From Candidatus Solincola sediminis (GTDB lineage: Bacteria; Actinomycetota; Geothermincolia; Geothermincolales; RBG-13-55-18): DNA of 37,286 bases. The stretch covers positions 33,573-70,858 of the forward strand of contig MELM01000007.1 in NCBI GenBank assembly GCA_001767605.1, in the 5' to 3' direction. This document shows, one piece after another, positions 7,900 to 15,692 of the stretch. A program made the position numbers and the translations under genes. Each line of letters begins with the position of its first letter. Position 1 is the stretch's first letter. The notes beneath the pieces are model-generated. The model was not told where the DNA came from. It ran no database searches and saw nothing but the letters and a program-made list of their open reading frames with translations.

Positions 7900-8922
7900 A
7901 TGGAGAATAAAGCATTTAAAGCACTGGTAGTCCGGGAGGGCGAGGATAAGACCTTTACCCGCAAGATCGAGGAAAAGCATATCGAAGATTTGCCGCCGGG
8001 CGACGTCACCATTCATGTGCTTTATAGTTCCTTGAATTACAAGGACGCCCTTTCGGCGGCGGGAAACAAGGGCGTCAGCAAGAACTACCCGCATACGCCC
8101 GGCATCGATGCCGGCGGAATAGTCGTAGACAGCATGGTTCCCGAGTTCGAGGCCGGGGACCGGGTGATAGTGACCGGCTACGATCTGGGCATGAACACGG
8201 CTGGAGGCCTCGAGGAGTACATCCGCGTGCCGGCTGGATGGATCGTACGACTGCCCGCCAACCTCACTCTCAAGGAAGCGATGATATTTGGAACGGCCGG
8301 CTTCACGGCGGGACTCTCGGTTCTCAAACTGACCCAGACGGGTCTCGCGCCTGAAGATGGCGAGGTGTTGGTGACCGGCGCCACGGGCGGGGTGGGGAGC
8401 ATGGCCATGAGGATTATGGCGAAGATCGGCTATAAGGTAGTGGCGGCGGCTGGTCTCATGAGTGACGAGGAGTTTGCGGAGTGGGAGAAGAGACTGAAGG
8501 AGCTGGGGGCTTCACGCGTGATACCGGCGCGCGAAGTGAACGATACGTCGGGCCGGCCTATGTTGCATCAAAAATGGCCGGGCGCCATCGACACCGTCGG
8601 CGGAGACGTCCTTTCAACCGTGGTCAAGGAAATAAGCTACTGCGGGGCGGTGACCACTTGCGGGAATATCGGTGGAGCCGAACTGCACCTCAATGTATTT
8701 CCCTTCATCTTGAGGGGGGTAACGCTGATAGGTGTCGATTCCGTCGAGTGCCCCATGGAGGAAACGCGCTTGTATGTCTGGGAAAAACTGGCAACCGATT
8801 GGAAGCTCGACAATCTGGAGGATATGGTCACTGAAGTGCCGCTCGAGAAGGTGGAGGATAGGATCCGGAAACTCCTGGATAAGGAATCAAAGGGAAGAAC
8901 CCTGGTCAAAATATCCGACTAA
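7900..8922 (+). CDS. MDR-superfamily NADPH:quinone/acrylyl-CoA reductase, YhdH/YhfP (AcuI-like) family
   Basis: 340-aa ORF with an ATG after GGAGGAATGAT. Motifs: FKALVV..., VLYSSLNYKDALS, PHTPGIDAGGIV, VTGATGGVGS, GRTLV. Confidence 0.8.
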   Translation: MENKAFKALVVREGEDKTFTRKIEEKHIEDLPPGDVTIHVLYSSLNYKDALSAAGNKGVSKNYPHTPGIDAGGIVVDSMVPEFEAGDRVIVTGYDLGMNTAGGLEEYIRVPAGWIVRLPANLTLKEAMIFGTAGFTAGLSVLKLTQTGLAPEDGEVLVTGATGGVGSMAMRIMAKIGYKVVAAAGLMSDEEFAEWEKRLKELGASRVIPAREVNDTSGRPMLHQKWPGAIDTVGGDVLSTVVKEISYCGAVTTCGNIGGAELHLNVFPFILRGVTLIGVDSVECPMEETRLYVWEKLATDWKLDNLEDMVTEVPLEKVEDRIRKLLDKESKGRTLVKISD

Positions 8923-9026
8923 CATTGGGGTCGGGCCTCAACATCAACAAGCTTCAAAGAAAGGGTTCAGCATATAAGTTGCGAATGCTTTGAAGCTTGT
9001 TGATGTTGAGGCCCGACCCCAATGTT
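8921..9026. repeat. Perfect 39-bp inverted repeat with a 28-nt loop filling a convergent intergenic gap (bidirectional terminator / REP- or MITE-like)
   Basis: Left arm 8921-8959 (AACATTGGGGTCGGGCCTCAACATCAACAAGCTTCAAAG) is the exact reverse complement of right arm 8988-9026. It is bounded by stop codons at 8920-8922 (+) and 9026-9028 (-). Confidence 0.9.
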
Positions 9027-10300
9027 TAGTTTAGGGATTCAAGGAAGGCTTCCAGGCGGGTACTTATCTGCCCTTCCTGATATTCACGGTGATCGACACA
9101 ATCACCGTCGAGGAGAAGAGTGGGAATACCCCGTCGCCGCAGTTCCCGTTTTATATGCACGGCTCCGCCGCAACTCTGGCGGCATCCCCAGTGATTGTAA
9201 TGAATTGCTCCGTCCACCCGATAATTATCAGCCAACCGGACGAGGTGCGAGGCCCTTCTTTCAAGCGGCCCTACCAGGAAATGATTACCGACTTTGGCGG
9301 CGAGAGAATTAAAGGGGTCGCCCGCATCCATGGCTTCCCAACAGGAGTGGGTATATTCCTCGCAGACGACTCGCACTCCGTGGCGGTCGAGCACATCGAA
9401 GATAGCCTGCGAATACCAGGGTTTGAGATGCATCCACATGAGGCGTTTGCTATCCTCACCGACGGAGCCCCTCTCCTCGAGCTCGTGCAACAGGAGACGG
9501 TAAAATTCGGCTCCCGCCTGTGAACCAAGACACCCGGAAAGGACGCTTATATTGCCCATAGCGTCCTTGCCGTCAAGCATGCAATCGTCCCGTTTGCGCA
9601 GCTCCTCGACTTTGCATAGATAGCCCAGCGCTTGATTGGAAAGCTCTATCGATTCGGCGAGCCCCCGCATCATTTCCTCTTCCTTGAGTCCGGAAAGGCC
9701 GGCCATTTTCATGGCGACTTCCTCGAGCTGGGCCGCCAGGAGCGCCCGGGAAGAAGGTCTGCCCGGCATGGGTATATCGATTATCACCTGTTCGGCATTG
9801 AAGAGGCCGGCTGCGTAGCCGAATGAGAGGGGGGCCGAATCGCAGGGATAATTCAGGGAAATCAGCAAGTCCGGTTCGGGCAGGAACCCTTCGATCGCAC
9901 ACCCGAGCAGGCAGCGGTGATATGAGCAGCCGTCGGATGAGAAGCCTATCTCGATCGCCCTATCGATAAAGCGGGGAGCAAGACCGGCTGCGGCGACAGC
10001 GGCTGCCGCCATCTCCGGATAGAAAGGGATGCAGCCGAGGCCGATTACGAGTTCGCTGGGGACGAGCAGGTTTGTCCAGACAACGGGAGCGCGCTTCAGG
10101 TAGGCATCCCTGGTATTGCGCAGGAAATGGGCGAGGGAGACGCGATCGGCTTTCCATTGAGGGCGGTTTAGCCGCGAGCGGGAGAGCCTCTCGACCGAAG
10201 CCCAGAAGAGCTTCGAGCGCACCATTGAAGGAGACAGCTTGTCGAGAAAGCGATCCTTTACTTCCTCCTTAAGCTCTCTGTGTGCCCCGTGTTCCGGCAT
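9026..10300 (-). CDS. 2-hydroxyacyl-CoA dehydratase / benzoyl-CoA reductase B/C-family subunit (HgdA/BcrB-like)
   Basis: 424-aa ORF abutting the upstream partner. Overall resemblance to the HgdAB/BcrBC family (VVWTNLLVPSELV..., GCSYHR, HYNHWGCRQSCGG, PTLLLDGDCVD). Confidence 0.7.
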   Translation of the reverse strand: MPEHGAHRELKEEVKDRFLDKLSPSMVRSKLFWASVERLSRSRLNRPQWKADRVSLAHFLRNTRDAYLKRAPVVWTNLLVPSELVIGLGCIPFYPEMAAAAVAAAGLAPRFIDRAIEIGFSSDGCSYHRCLLGCAIEGFLPEPDLLISLNYPCDSAPLSFGYAAGLFNAEQVIIDIPMPGRPSSRALLAAQLEEVAMKMAGLSGLKEEEMMRGLAESIELSNQALGYLCKVEELRKRDDCMLDGKDAMGNISVLSGCLGSQAGAEFYRLLLHELEERGSVGEDSKRLMWMHLKPWYSQAIFDVLDRHGVRVVCEEYTHSCWEAMDAGDPFNSLAAKVGNHFLVGPLERRASHLVRLADNYRVDGAIHYNHWGCRQSCGGAVHIKRELRRRGIPTLLLDGDCVDHREYQEGQISTRLEAFLESLN

Positions 10301-11281
10301 CTATATCATCTCGATGAAAGCTTCGACGCGGGTCAGCAACTGGCCCACGTGCCCGTCTCCGTAATCGCTCTCCAAACGGAGCAAGGGAATCCCTTCCTGC
10401 TTCAATCGCTCTTCCAGCAACGGGAAATCGTAGAGGTATGAGTCGCAGAATTTGAGGGAGGCGTAGATCACTCCCTGCGCTCCCTCGGAGCGGACCCGAT
10501 CCACCAATAATTGGTAATGCCTGCCTTTATCCTGCATGCGGGCACACGGGTGCTTTTCCAGGTAACGAGCGGCCATCGCGTCGAGGAGCCGTGCGAGGTC
10601 ATCTCCCTCCACATAAGTGGAAGATGCAAAGCTACGGTCGCCGTTGCAGAGGTCCATCCAGACTACCATGGCTCCGGCCTGCTCCAGGGAGGTTATTATG
10701 CCGGTCGGATTCAGCAGATTGCCGGTCAGCACAACAGGACGGCCTTTCCGACTGCTTGGCTCTGGCTGCTCGGTGCCGCCCTGAAATCGCATGGCCGCCT
10801 CGAGGCGCGCCCGCCCTTTCAAGCCCTTGGCGGACTCGAGATACGCCAAGCGTGCTTCCTCCCTGGCCATGCCCGCCGCCTGGATAAGCTGGGCTGTAAT
10901 TTTCACCCCGGAATGATCTTCCAACACCCCGATTAAGTGGCGGAACTCCTCTGCAAGGAGCTTCCGGCCCCAGACCCCTTCGTTTCTTGGAAGATCCATA
11001 AGGTACACGAAATCCTGCTGAAACTCCTCCTTCCAGACATCATACAGGCGTCTCATGGCGTCGCAAGAGTTGACAAAGAAGGCATGGTGCGGACCTTCCT
11101 GACGCAACTCTTGAGAGAGGCAGGCCCTGGCATACGGGCATATCGCCGGATGCAACATCTCATCGGCCGACTCCAGTAAATCGGGGTCACCGAAATGGCG
11201 TACCGGATGCCACCCGGCGGCATCCAATATTTCCAGGGGCGTATATGTACAGAACCAGGATATTTTATTTTCCGGTGTCAA
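10301..11281 (-). CDS. 2-hydroxyacyl-CoA dehydratase-family subunit (HgdB/BcrC-like)
   Basis: 326-aa ORF. The N-terminus ISWFCTYTPLEILDAAGWHPVR and the C-terminal KFCDSYLYDFP..IPLLRLESDY are typical of this family. Its stop directly abuts the start of the 9026-10300 gene. Confidence 0.7.
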   Translation of the reverse strand: MTPENKISWFCTYTPLEILDAAGWHPVRHFGDPDLLESADEMLHPAICPYARACLSQELRQEGPHHAFFVNSCDAMRRLYDVWKEEFQQDFVYLMDLPRNEGVWGRKLLAEEFRHLIGVLEDHSGVKITAQLIQAAGMAREEARLAYLESAKGLKGRARLEAAMRFQGGTEQPEPSSRKGRPVVLTGNLLNPTGIITSLEQAGAMVVWMDLCNGDRSFASSTYVEGDDLARLLDAMAARYLEKHPCARMQDKGRHYQLLVDRVRSEGAQGVIYASLKFCDSYLYDFPLLEERLKQEGIPLLRLESDYGDGHVGQLLTRVEAFIEMI

Positions 11282-11416
11282 GGGCGCCCTCCATACTTGC
11301 AGTGTCTGCCGTGCATTATACCCGAAGCCCGATATTATTAGTGCTTGCCGGGTATTATACCTATGGATAATATTTTGATCGGTTTGGTTAAGGCTTTAAT
11401 AAGGAGGGATAAGGTA

Positions 11417-11575
11417 ATGGACAAATACGAGTGCACGGTTTGTGGCTGGGTATATGATCCCGAGGTAGGCGACCCGGTAGGCGGGATAGCTCCCGGCGTA
11501 GCATTCGAGGATCTACCGGATGATTGGGTATGCCCGAGCTGCGGGGCCGAAAAGGACATGTTCGAGAAGATATAG
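11417..11575 (+). CDS. Rubredoxin
   Basis: The ATG at 11417 follows AAGGAGGGATAAGGTA and gives 52 aa: [20 protein letters not shown]...[21 protein letters not shown]. Two CxxC pairs are present. The longer track ORF (from 11345) is probably an artefact. Confidence 0.93.
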   Translation: MDKYECTVCGWVYDPEVGDPVGGIAPGVAFEDLPDDWVCPSCGAEKDMFEKI

Positions 11576-11599
11576 GAAATCTGTAAACTAGGGGTTGTG

Positions 11600-13015
11600 T
11601 TAAACCGGCGGTCTGTATTGCCGCCAGGGCACGGCCCGTTCCAGGGCGGCTGCCGCCTTTAATACGAGGGCTTCCCGAAAACGGTCGCCAACGATCTGGA
11701 GGCCTACGGGGAGACCCTCCGAGTTGAAGCCGCAGGGAACGGAAGCGGCAGGTTGCCCGGTGAAATTGAACGGTATCGTAAAAGGCACCCAGCCGGCCGG
11801 TCCGACATCAACCCCTTCAATCGAAGGCGGTCCGAGCGGCCCTATGTCCTGGCACTCGAATGCCGGACAGGCGGTGGAGGGCGTGAGAAGCAGGTCGTAT
11901 CCTTCGAAGATTTTTCGTACCACCTTCCAGAGGTCATAACGATGAAAATTGATCTTTGCCATGTCGAAATTGGTAAAAGAGCCAGCCAGATCCAGAAACG
12001 GCATGTATGGCTTATAGCTTACTTCCCTAATCTCCTGCATCCGTTCTTGGTTGGAAGCCACGACCTCCGAGAGCATGGTGATTATGAAATCCATCTCTGA
12101 TGTGGCGGGCAAGACGTCGTCTATTTCCTCGACCTGACACCCCAACTCCGCGAATGTGAAGGCCGCTTTCCTCGTAAGTTCCAGCACCTCCGAATCGACG
12201 GCAAGGGCGAACCCCAGATCCGAGCTGTATGCAATGCGAAGCCCTTCTACGCTCCCTTGCATGTCGTCTGAGAATCTGCCGGGATAGGCCGGAAGGGATG
12301 CAAAGTCGCGGCGGTCAGGACCGGCTGCAACATCGAGGAACAGTGCGGCATCCTCGACCGTGCGGGTTATGGTACCCTCGTGGTTGAGGGTGTCGAAGCC
12401 GGGTATGTGGGGGTACCAGGGAATGCGGCCGAAATGTGGCTTGATGCCAAAGACGCCGCAAAGGGCTGAAGGGATGCGAATGGAACCGGCGCCGTCATTT
12501 CCCATGGCTACAGGGCAGAATCCGGCTGCGACTGCGACCGCGGAACCACCGCTCGATCCACCGCAGACCCTTTTCATATCCCAGGGGTTGGCCGTTTTTC
12601 CGAAGAGGGGATTTTCGGTGATCCCTATGAGTCCGAATTCGGGCAGGTTGGTCTTCCCCAACACGATGGCCCCCGCCCCTTTCATTCTCTCCAGCGCCAC
12701 GGCATCCTCGTCCGGCACGAAGTCCTCGTACAGTTTCGATCCATAAGTGGTCCGTATGCCTTTGCTCCAGATGTTGTCCTTGACCGCGATGGGAACACCC
12801 TCCATCGCCCTTGCTGTTCCTTTCTGATACGCTTGTTCGGCATCCCTGGCTTGCGATTCTGCGGATTCGGCGAGCAGAGTCACAAAGGCATTCAATACGG
12901 GATTCAATTGTTCGATTCGATCGAACAAGTGCTTTGTCACCTCGAGTGGTGATACCTCTTTCGCCTGGTAGGCATTGATCAGTTCCGATGCGGACATCCA
13001 TTCGACTTCATTCAT
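11600..13015 (-). CDS. Amidase (amidase-signature family, GatA-like)
   Basis: AS motif GGSSGGSAVAVAAGFCPVAMGNDGAGSIRIPSALCG. I prefer the start at 13015 (MNEVEWMSASEL...) because the upstream extension overlaps the lipoprotein gene. Confidence 0.85.
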   Translation of the reverse strand: MNEVEWMSASELINAYQAKEVSPLEVTKHLFDRIEQLNPVLNAFVTLLAESAESQARDAEQAYQKGTARAMEGVPIAVKDNIWSKGIRTTYGSKLYEDFVPDEDAVALERMKGAGAIVLGKTNLPEFGLIGITENPLFGKTANPWDMKRVCGGSSGGSAVAVAAGFCPVAMGNDGAGSIRIPSALCGVFGIKPHFGRIPWYPHIPGFDTLNHEGTITRTVEDAALFLDVAAGPDRRDFASLPAYPGRFSDDMQGSVEGLRIAYSSDLGFALAVDSEVLELTRKAAFTFAELGCQVEEIDDVLPATSEMDFIITMLSEVVASNQERMQEIREVSYKPYMPFLDLAGSFTNFDMAKINFHRYDLWKVVRKIFEGYDLLLTPSTACPAFECQDIGPLGPPSIEGVDVGPAGWVPFTIPFNFTGQPAASVPCGFNSEGLPVGLQIVGDRFREALVLKAAAALERAVPWRQYRPPV

Positions 13016-13064
13016 AGCCGAAACCCCCTCTGAAACAGATATGGAAGTATATGCCAGTTCAGCG

Positions 13065-13376
13065 TCAGGAACCGTGGATAGAGCAGTAAACGCTTCCGCC
13101 TTGCAGTGAATAGCTGCCCCCACCAGGGCATGCAGGTATGCTTTGCAGATACTTGGGTACCAACTGTTGAAGCGATGTAGCCGGGTTCCCTTCGATTGCC
13201 GAATATTGCTGGATACTGGAGCCGATCACCTTTCTGTTGGCCGCGCAGGCCGCGCTATCTGCTTGGGCTATCGGCCCCTCAGTCGGATTAGTGAGCTGCT
13301 CGGCACTATTGCCGCCACAGCCGGCTACGAGCAACATGAGGGAAACCACGACGAGACCAATGATGCAGTACCGCAT
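13065..13376 (-). CDS. Lipoprotein carrying a ComGC/PulG-like pilin globular domain
   Basis: 103 aa. Signal peptide plus lipobox (LLVAG|C). The mature part CAANRKVIGSSIQQYSAIEGNPATSLQQLVPKYLQSIPACPGGGSYSL..VYCSIHG resembles the type IV (pseudo)pilin head. Confidence 0.6.
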   Translation of the reverse strand: MRYCIIGLVVVSLMLLVAGCGGNSAEQLTNPTEGPIAQADSAACAANRKVIGSSIQQYSAIEGNPATSLQQLVPKYLQSIPACPGGGSYSLQGGSVYCSIHGS

Positions 13377-13394
13377 GATAAGCTCCTTTATTGA

Positions 13395-13709
13395 TTAGAG
13401 CTGACCGCTATCCATATCCCGGATAGCTTTTATTATCATCTTCTTCGCGATCTGATTGATAATGGAGGCCGGTGCCTCAAGCACGGAAGTCCGCCACTCG
13501 TCGAGGGGTTTATCAGCGGCGATAAAGGCTTGGTAGAGGGTTTCCTGCAACTGATCTATATTCGGCTCGATGTATATCTCATATATTTGCTTCTGCGAGC
13601 CCGAGAGCTCCTCGACCTCTTTATCCAGGACATCCCGGAATTCTTGCTTGATCCGCTTGCCGCGGCTTCTCATATAGTAATCATTCAAAGCCTGTAAAAA
13701 ATCGGCCAT
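13395..13709 (-). CDS. Hypothetical helical protein
   Basis: ORF 13395-13778. The likely start is MADFLQALNDYY at 13709. No recognisable motif. Codon usage looks coding. Confidence 0.45.
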   Translation of the reverse strand: MADFLQALNDYYMRSRGKRIKQEFRDVLDKEVEELSGSQKQIYEIYIEPNIDQLQETLYQAFIAADKPLDEWRTSVLEAPASIINQIAKKMIIKAIRDMDSGQL

Positions 13710-13870
13710 CTTATGTTCCTTGCCCTCGTGCTCGCAGATCGTTGCCCTTAATAATAAAGGGTCGTCTGCTAAAATCAAACGGACCTCGCGGGCCTTAGAT
13801 ATTTATGCAGCCAGTTAAGCAAATCGGATGCTCAAGCTGCTACCTTTAGGCCTCGCACATCTTCTGATGC

Positions 13871-13909
13871 CAAAACAAGAGCCCGGGGAAACAGGCGTCA
13901 GACCCGGGC
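13871..13909 (-). terminator. Probable intrinsic terminator downstream of tRNA-Ala
   Basis: On the minus strand: GCCCGGG (13903-13909 complement), a 15-nt loop, CCCGGGC (13881-13887 complement), then TCTTGTTTTG. Confidence 0.5.
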
Positions 13910-13917
13910 GAATTCAT

Positions 13918-13992
13918 TGGTGGAGCCGATGGGATTTGAACCCACGACTTCTGCCTTGCGAAGGCAGCGCTCTCCCACTGAGCTACGGCCCC
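13918..13992 (-). tRNA. tRNA-Ala (anticodon CGC), CCA encoded
   Basis: The reverse complement reads GGGGCCGTAGCTCAGTGGGAGAGCGCTGCCTTCGCAAGGCAGAAGTCGTGGGTTCAAATCCCATCGGCTCCACCA. It has a cloverleaf, a G3:U70 identity pair, anticodon loop TTCGCAA and a GTTCAAATC T-loop. Confidence 0.93.
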
Positions 13993-14135
13993 ATGTGCAA
14001 GCGTTATTCTATCAAAAATTCAGGATCAAGGGCTGCCTCCGACCGGTTTTCCGCAGGATCTGCAGAATCGGGCGCTGGGGAACAGGCCTTTGCCGCACTC
14101 GGAACAGGATCTTGCCGGCGCCGCTAAGGCCGGCG

Positions 14136-14156
14136 TTCTTATTTTCAAAATAAGAA
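14136..14156. promoter_or_regulatory. 21-bp perfect palindrome (possible operator) upstream of the metallophosphoesterase gene
   Basis: TTCTTATTTT-C-AAAATAAGAA, immediately after a GCCGGC..GCCGGC hairpin and ~90 nt upstream of the ATG at 14245. Confidence 0.3.
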
Positions 14157-14244
14157 ACAAACCAGGCCGATCGATCATCAGTAATTGTTAGACGGGAGGT
14201 ATACTTATTGCTGAATCGATTTCGGGACCGGTCGGGAGAAGCAG

Positions 14245-15060
14245 ATGGTGAAGACATTTAGAAAATGTAAATTCTTACTGATCGCAGCGTTCGCTCTATT
14301 GATTTTGCTTACTCTGTCGTCATGTTCGAAGGGGAGTCGCGGCAGTGAAGACTCGATCCAGGAAGACAAGGGGCCTGGAAATCATTATTCCTTCCTGGTA
14401 TGCGGGGATCCAGATGGCAGGGTCGATCTTCTGGAGCGCATCATAAGCCAGAGAGGTGAAAGTGAATTCCTGGTGATCGTAGGGGATCTGACCACGGGAA
14501 GCGGCATTCAGGAAATGAAGAGGATGAAGGACTTTCTGGATTCGAAAGCAATGCCTTATCATGTGATCCCGGGGGACAATGATATGCCCGGAGGAAACCT
14601 CTCCAATTTTCAAAGCGTCTTCGGGCCCGACTACTACGCAACGGATGTCCAAGATTCCCACCTGGTCTTCCTCGATGACGCTGTGCCGGGTATCGGTTGC
14701 CCGGGGGATGAACTCACCTGGTTGAAAGGCGATTTATCCGGCGCGGGAGGGAAGGTCATCATTGCGTTCGCCCATGTACCGGCTGGAGCTCCGGTTACGT
14801 TGAGCGATGCTGATGCGATGTCACGGGAGGCGGATAGCGCGCGTGAAATGCTGGCCTTGCTGAGGGATGCAGGGACTGCCGTTCTTTATTCCGGCCACAT
14901 CCATGCCTACCTACCCTTTAGCGACGGGCCGCCACGGATTATCGTAAGCGGCGGTGCCGGTGCTTCGCTGCATCTCTCCGAGCCGGCGGGAGGGTATTAT
15001 CACTTCCTGAGGGTTACCGTAAATGATGACCAGATTACGGAAGAAGTAATAAGATTATGA
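14245..15060 (+). CDS. Calcineurin-like metallophosphoesterase, lipoprotein
   Basis: 271 aa. Lipobox LTLSS|C. Metallophosphoesterase motifs: VCGDPDG, IVGDLT, IPGDNDM, FAHVP, GHIHAY. Confidence 0.8.
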   Translation: MVKTFRKCKFLLIAAFALLILLTLSSCSKGSRGSEDSIQEDKGPGNHYSFLVCGDPDGRVDLLERIISQRGESEFLVIVGDLTTGSGIQEMKRMKDFLDSKAMPYHVIPGDNDMPGGNLSNFQSVFGPDYYATDVQDSHLVFLDDAVPGIGCPGDELTWLKGDLSGAGGKVIIAFAHVPAGAPVTLSDADAMSREADSAREMLALLRDAGTAVLYSGHIHAYLPFSDGPPRIIVSGGAGASLHLSEPAGGYYHFLRVTVNDDQITEEVIRL

Positions 15061-15093
15061 TCGGTTGCGTCTTGATGATAGGGGGGATAAAAA

Positions 15094-15495
15094 TTGGAAG
15101 CATGGTTGATGCTCTGTGACGCCGCTCAATTGGTGCAGGGCAAGCTTTACATCCTGGGTGGCGGATGGGATAGAACCAGTGTCAATAATCCGAGCCTCGG
15201 CGTCGCATTCTCCATCAAGGTCGAATGGACGGAGACTAACCAGAAGCACCGCTTTGAACTCGAACTTCAGGATGAAGACGGCAACGCCCTGATGGTTGGC
15301 GAACCCGCAAAACCATTGATAATCGGCGGCGATTTTACGGCGGGCAGGCCCGCCGAGCACCCACCGGGCATGCCGCTCTGGGTCAGGCAGGCCGTGAATA
15401 TACAAAACCCGAGATTTGAACCCAATAAGCGTTACCGCTGGGAATTGAGGATCAACGGCAATCCCCTCACAAACCTCTCGTTTTATACCGCTTAA
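15094..15495 (+). CDS. Hypothetical conserved-looking small protein
   Basis: 133-aa ORF with a TTG start after GGGGGGAT. No motif recognised (LYILGGGWD..., RYRWELRINGNPL). Confidence 0.5.
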   Translation: MEAWLMLCDAAQLVQGKLYILGGGWDRTSVNNPSLGVAFSIKVEWTETNQKHRFELELQDEDGNALMVGEPAKPLIIGGDFTAGRPAEHPPGMPLWVRQAVNIQNPRFEPNKRYRWELRINGNPLTNLSFYTA

Positions 15496-15498
15496 CAT

Positions 15499-15519
15499 GA
15501 GTCCCGACCCCATGTTCAG
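15499..15519 (+). repeat. Copy of the dispersed intergenic motif AGGCNCGACCCC..GTTTAG
   Basis: GAGTCCCGACCCCATGTTCAG, 4 nt after the stop codon at 15493-15495. Compare 9009-9029, 17442-17461 and 21501-21520. Confidence 0.6.
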
Positions 15520-15553
15520 GCTAGATTAAGGCTGTTGTTGATATAGCAAAGGG

Positions 15554-15581
15554 AAGACCCCGTTGGGGGGTACGGGGTCTT
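15554..15581. terminator. GC-rich hairpin between convergent genes (possible bidirectional terminator)
   Basis: AAGACCCCGT (15554-15563) pairs with ACGGGGTCTT (15572-15581) around an 8-nt loop. The U-tract is weak on both strands. Confidence 0.4.
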
Positions 15582-15692
15582 TAAACTGACAGCTAGTATA
15601 TTTGCTTGCACCCATTGAGGGAAATTGCCGGTAAACTCATGGGGGATACCCAGCTGTCTTAATAGTTTTCTCGGAAGATTATCGAAATGCCT

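Noticed and set aside
7816-8094. N-terminal extensions of track ORFs (also 13016-13123, 13710-13778, 27838-27858, 28057-28122, 29952-30053, 32871-32876, 32909-32947, 35654-35878)
   Set aside because: The extensions overlap neighbouring genes or AT-rich spacers. Internal starts with good Shine-Dalgarno sequences give proteins of the expected family length.
13395-13992. tRNA-Ala as an integration site for a genomic island
   Set aside because: There is no integrase, no duplicated tRNA 3' end and no compositional break visible. The flanking genes look like ordinary housekeeping or accessory metabolism.
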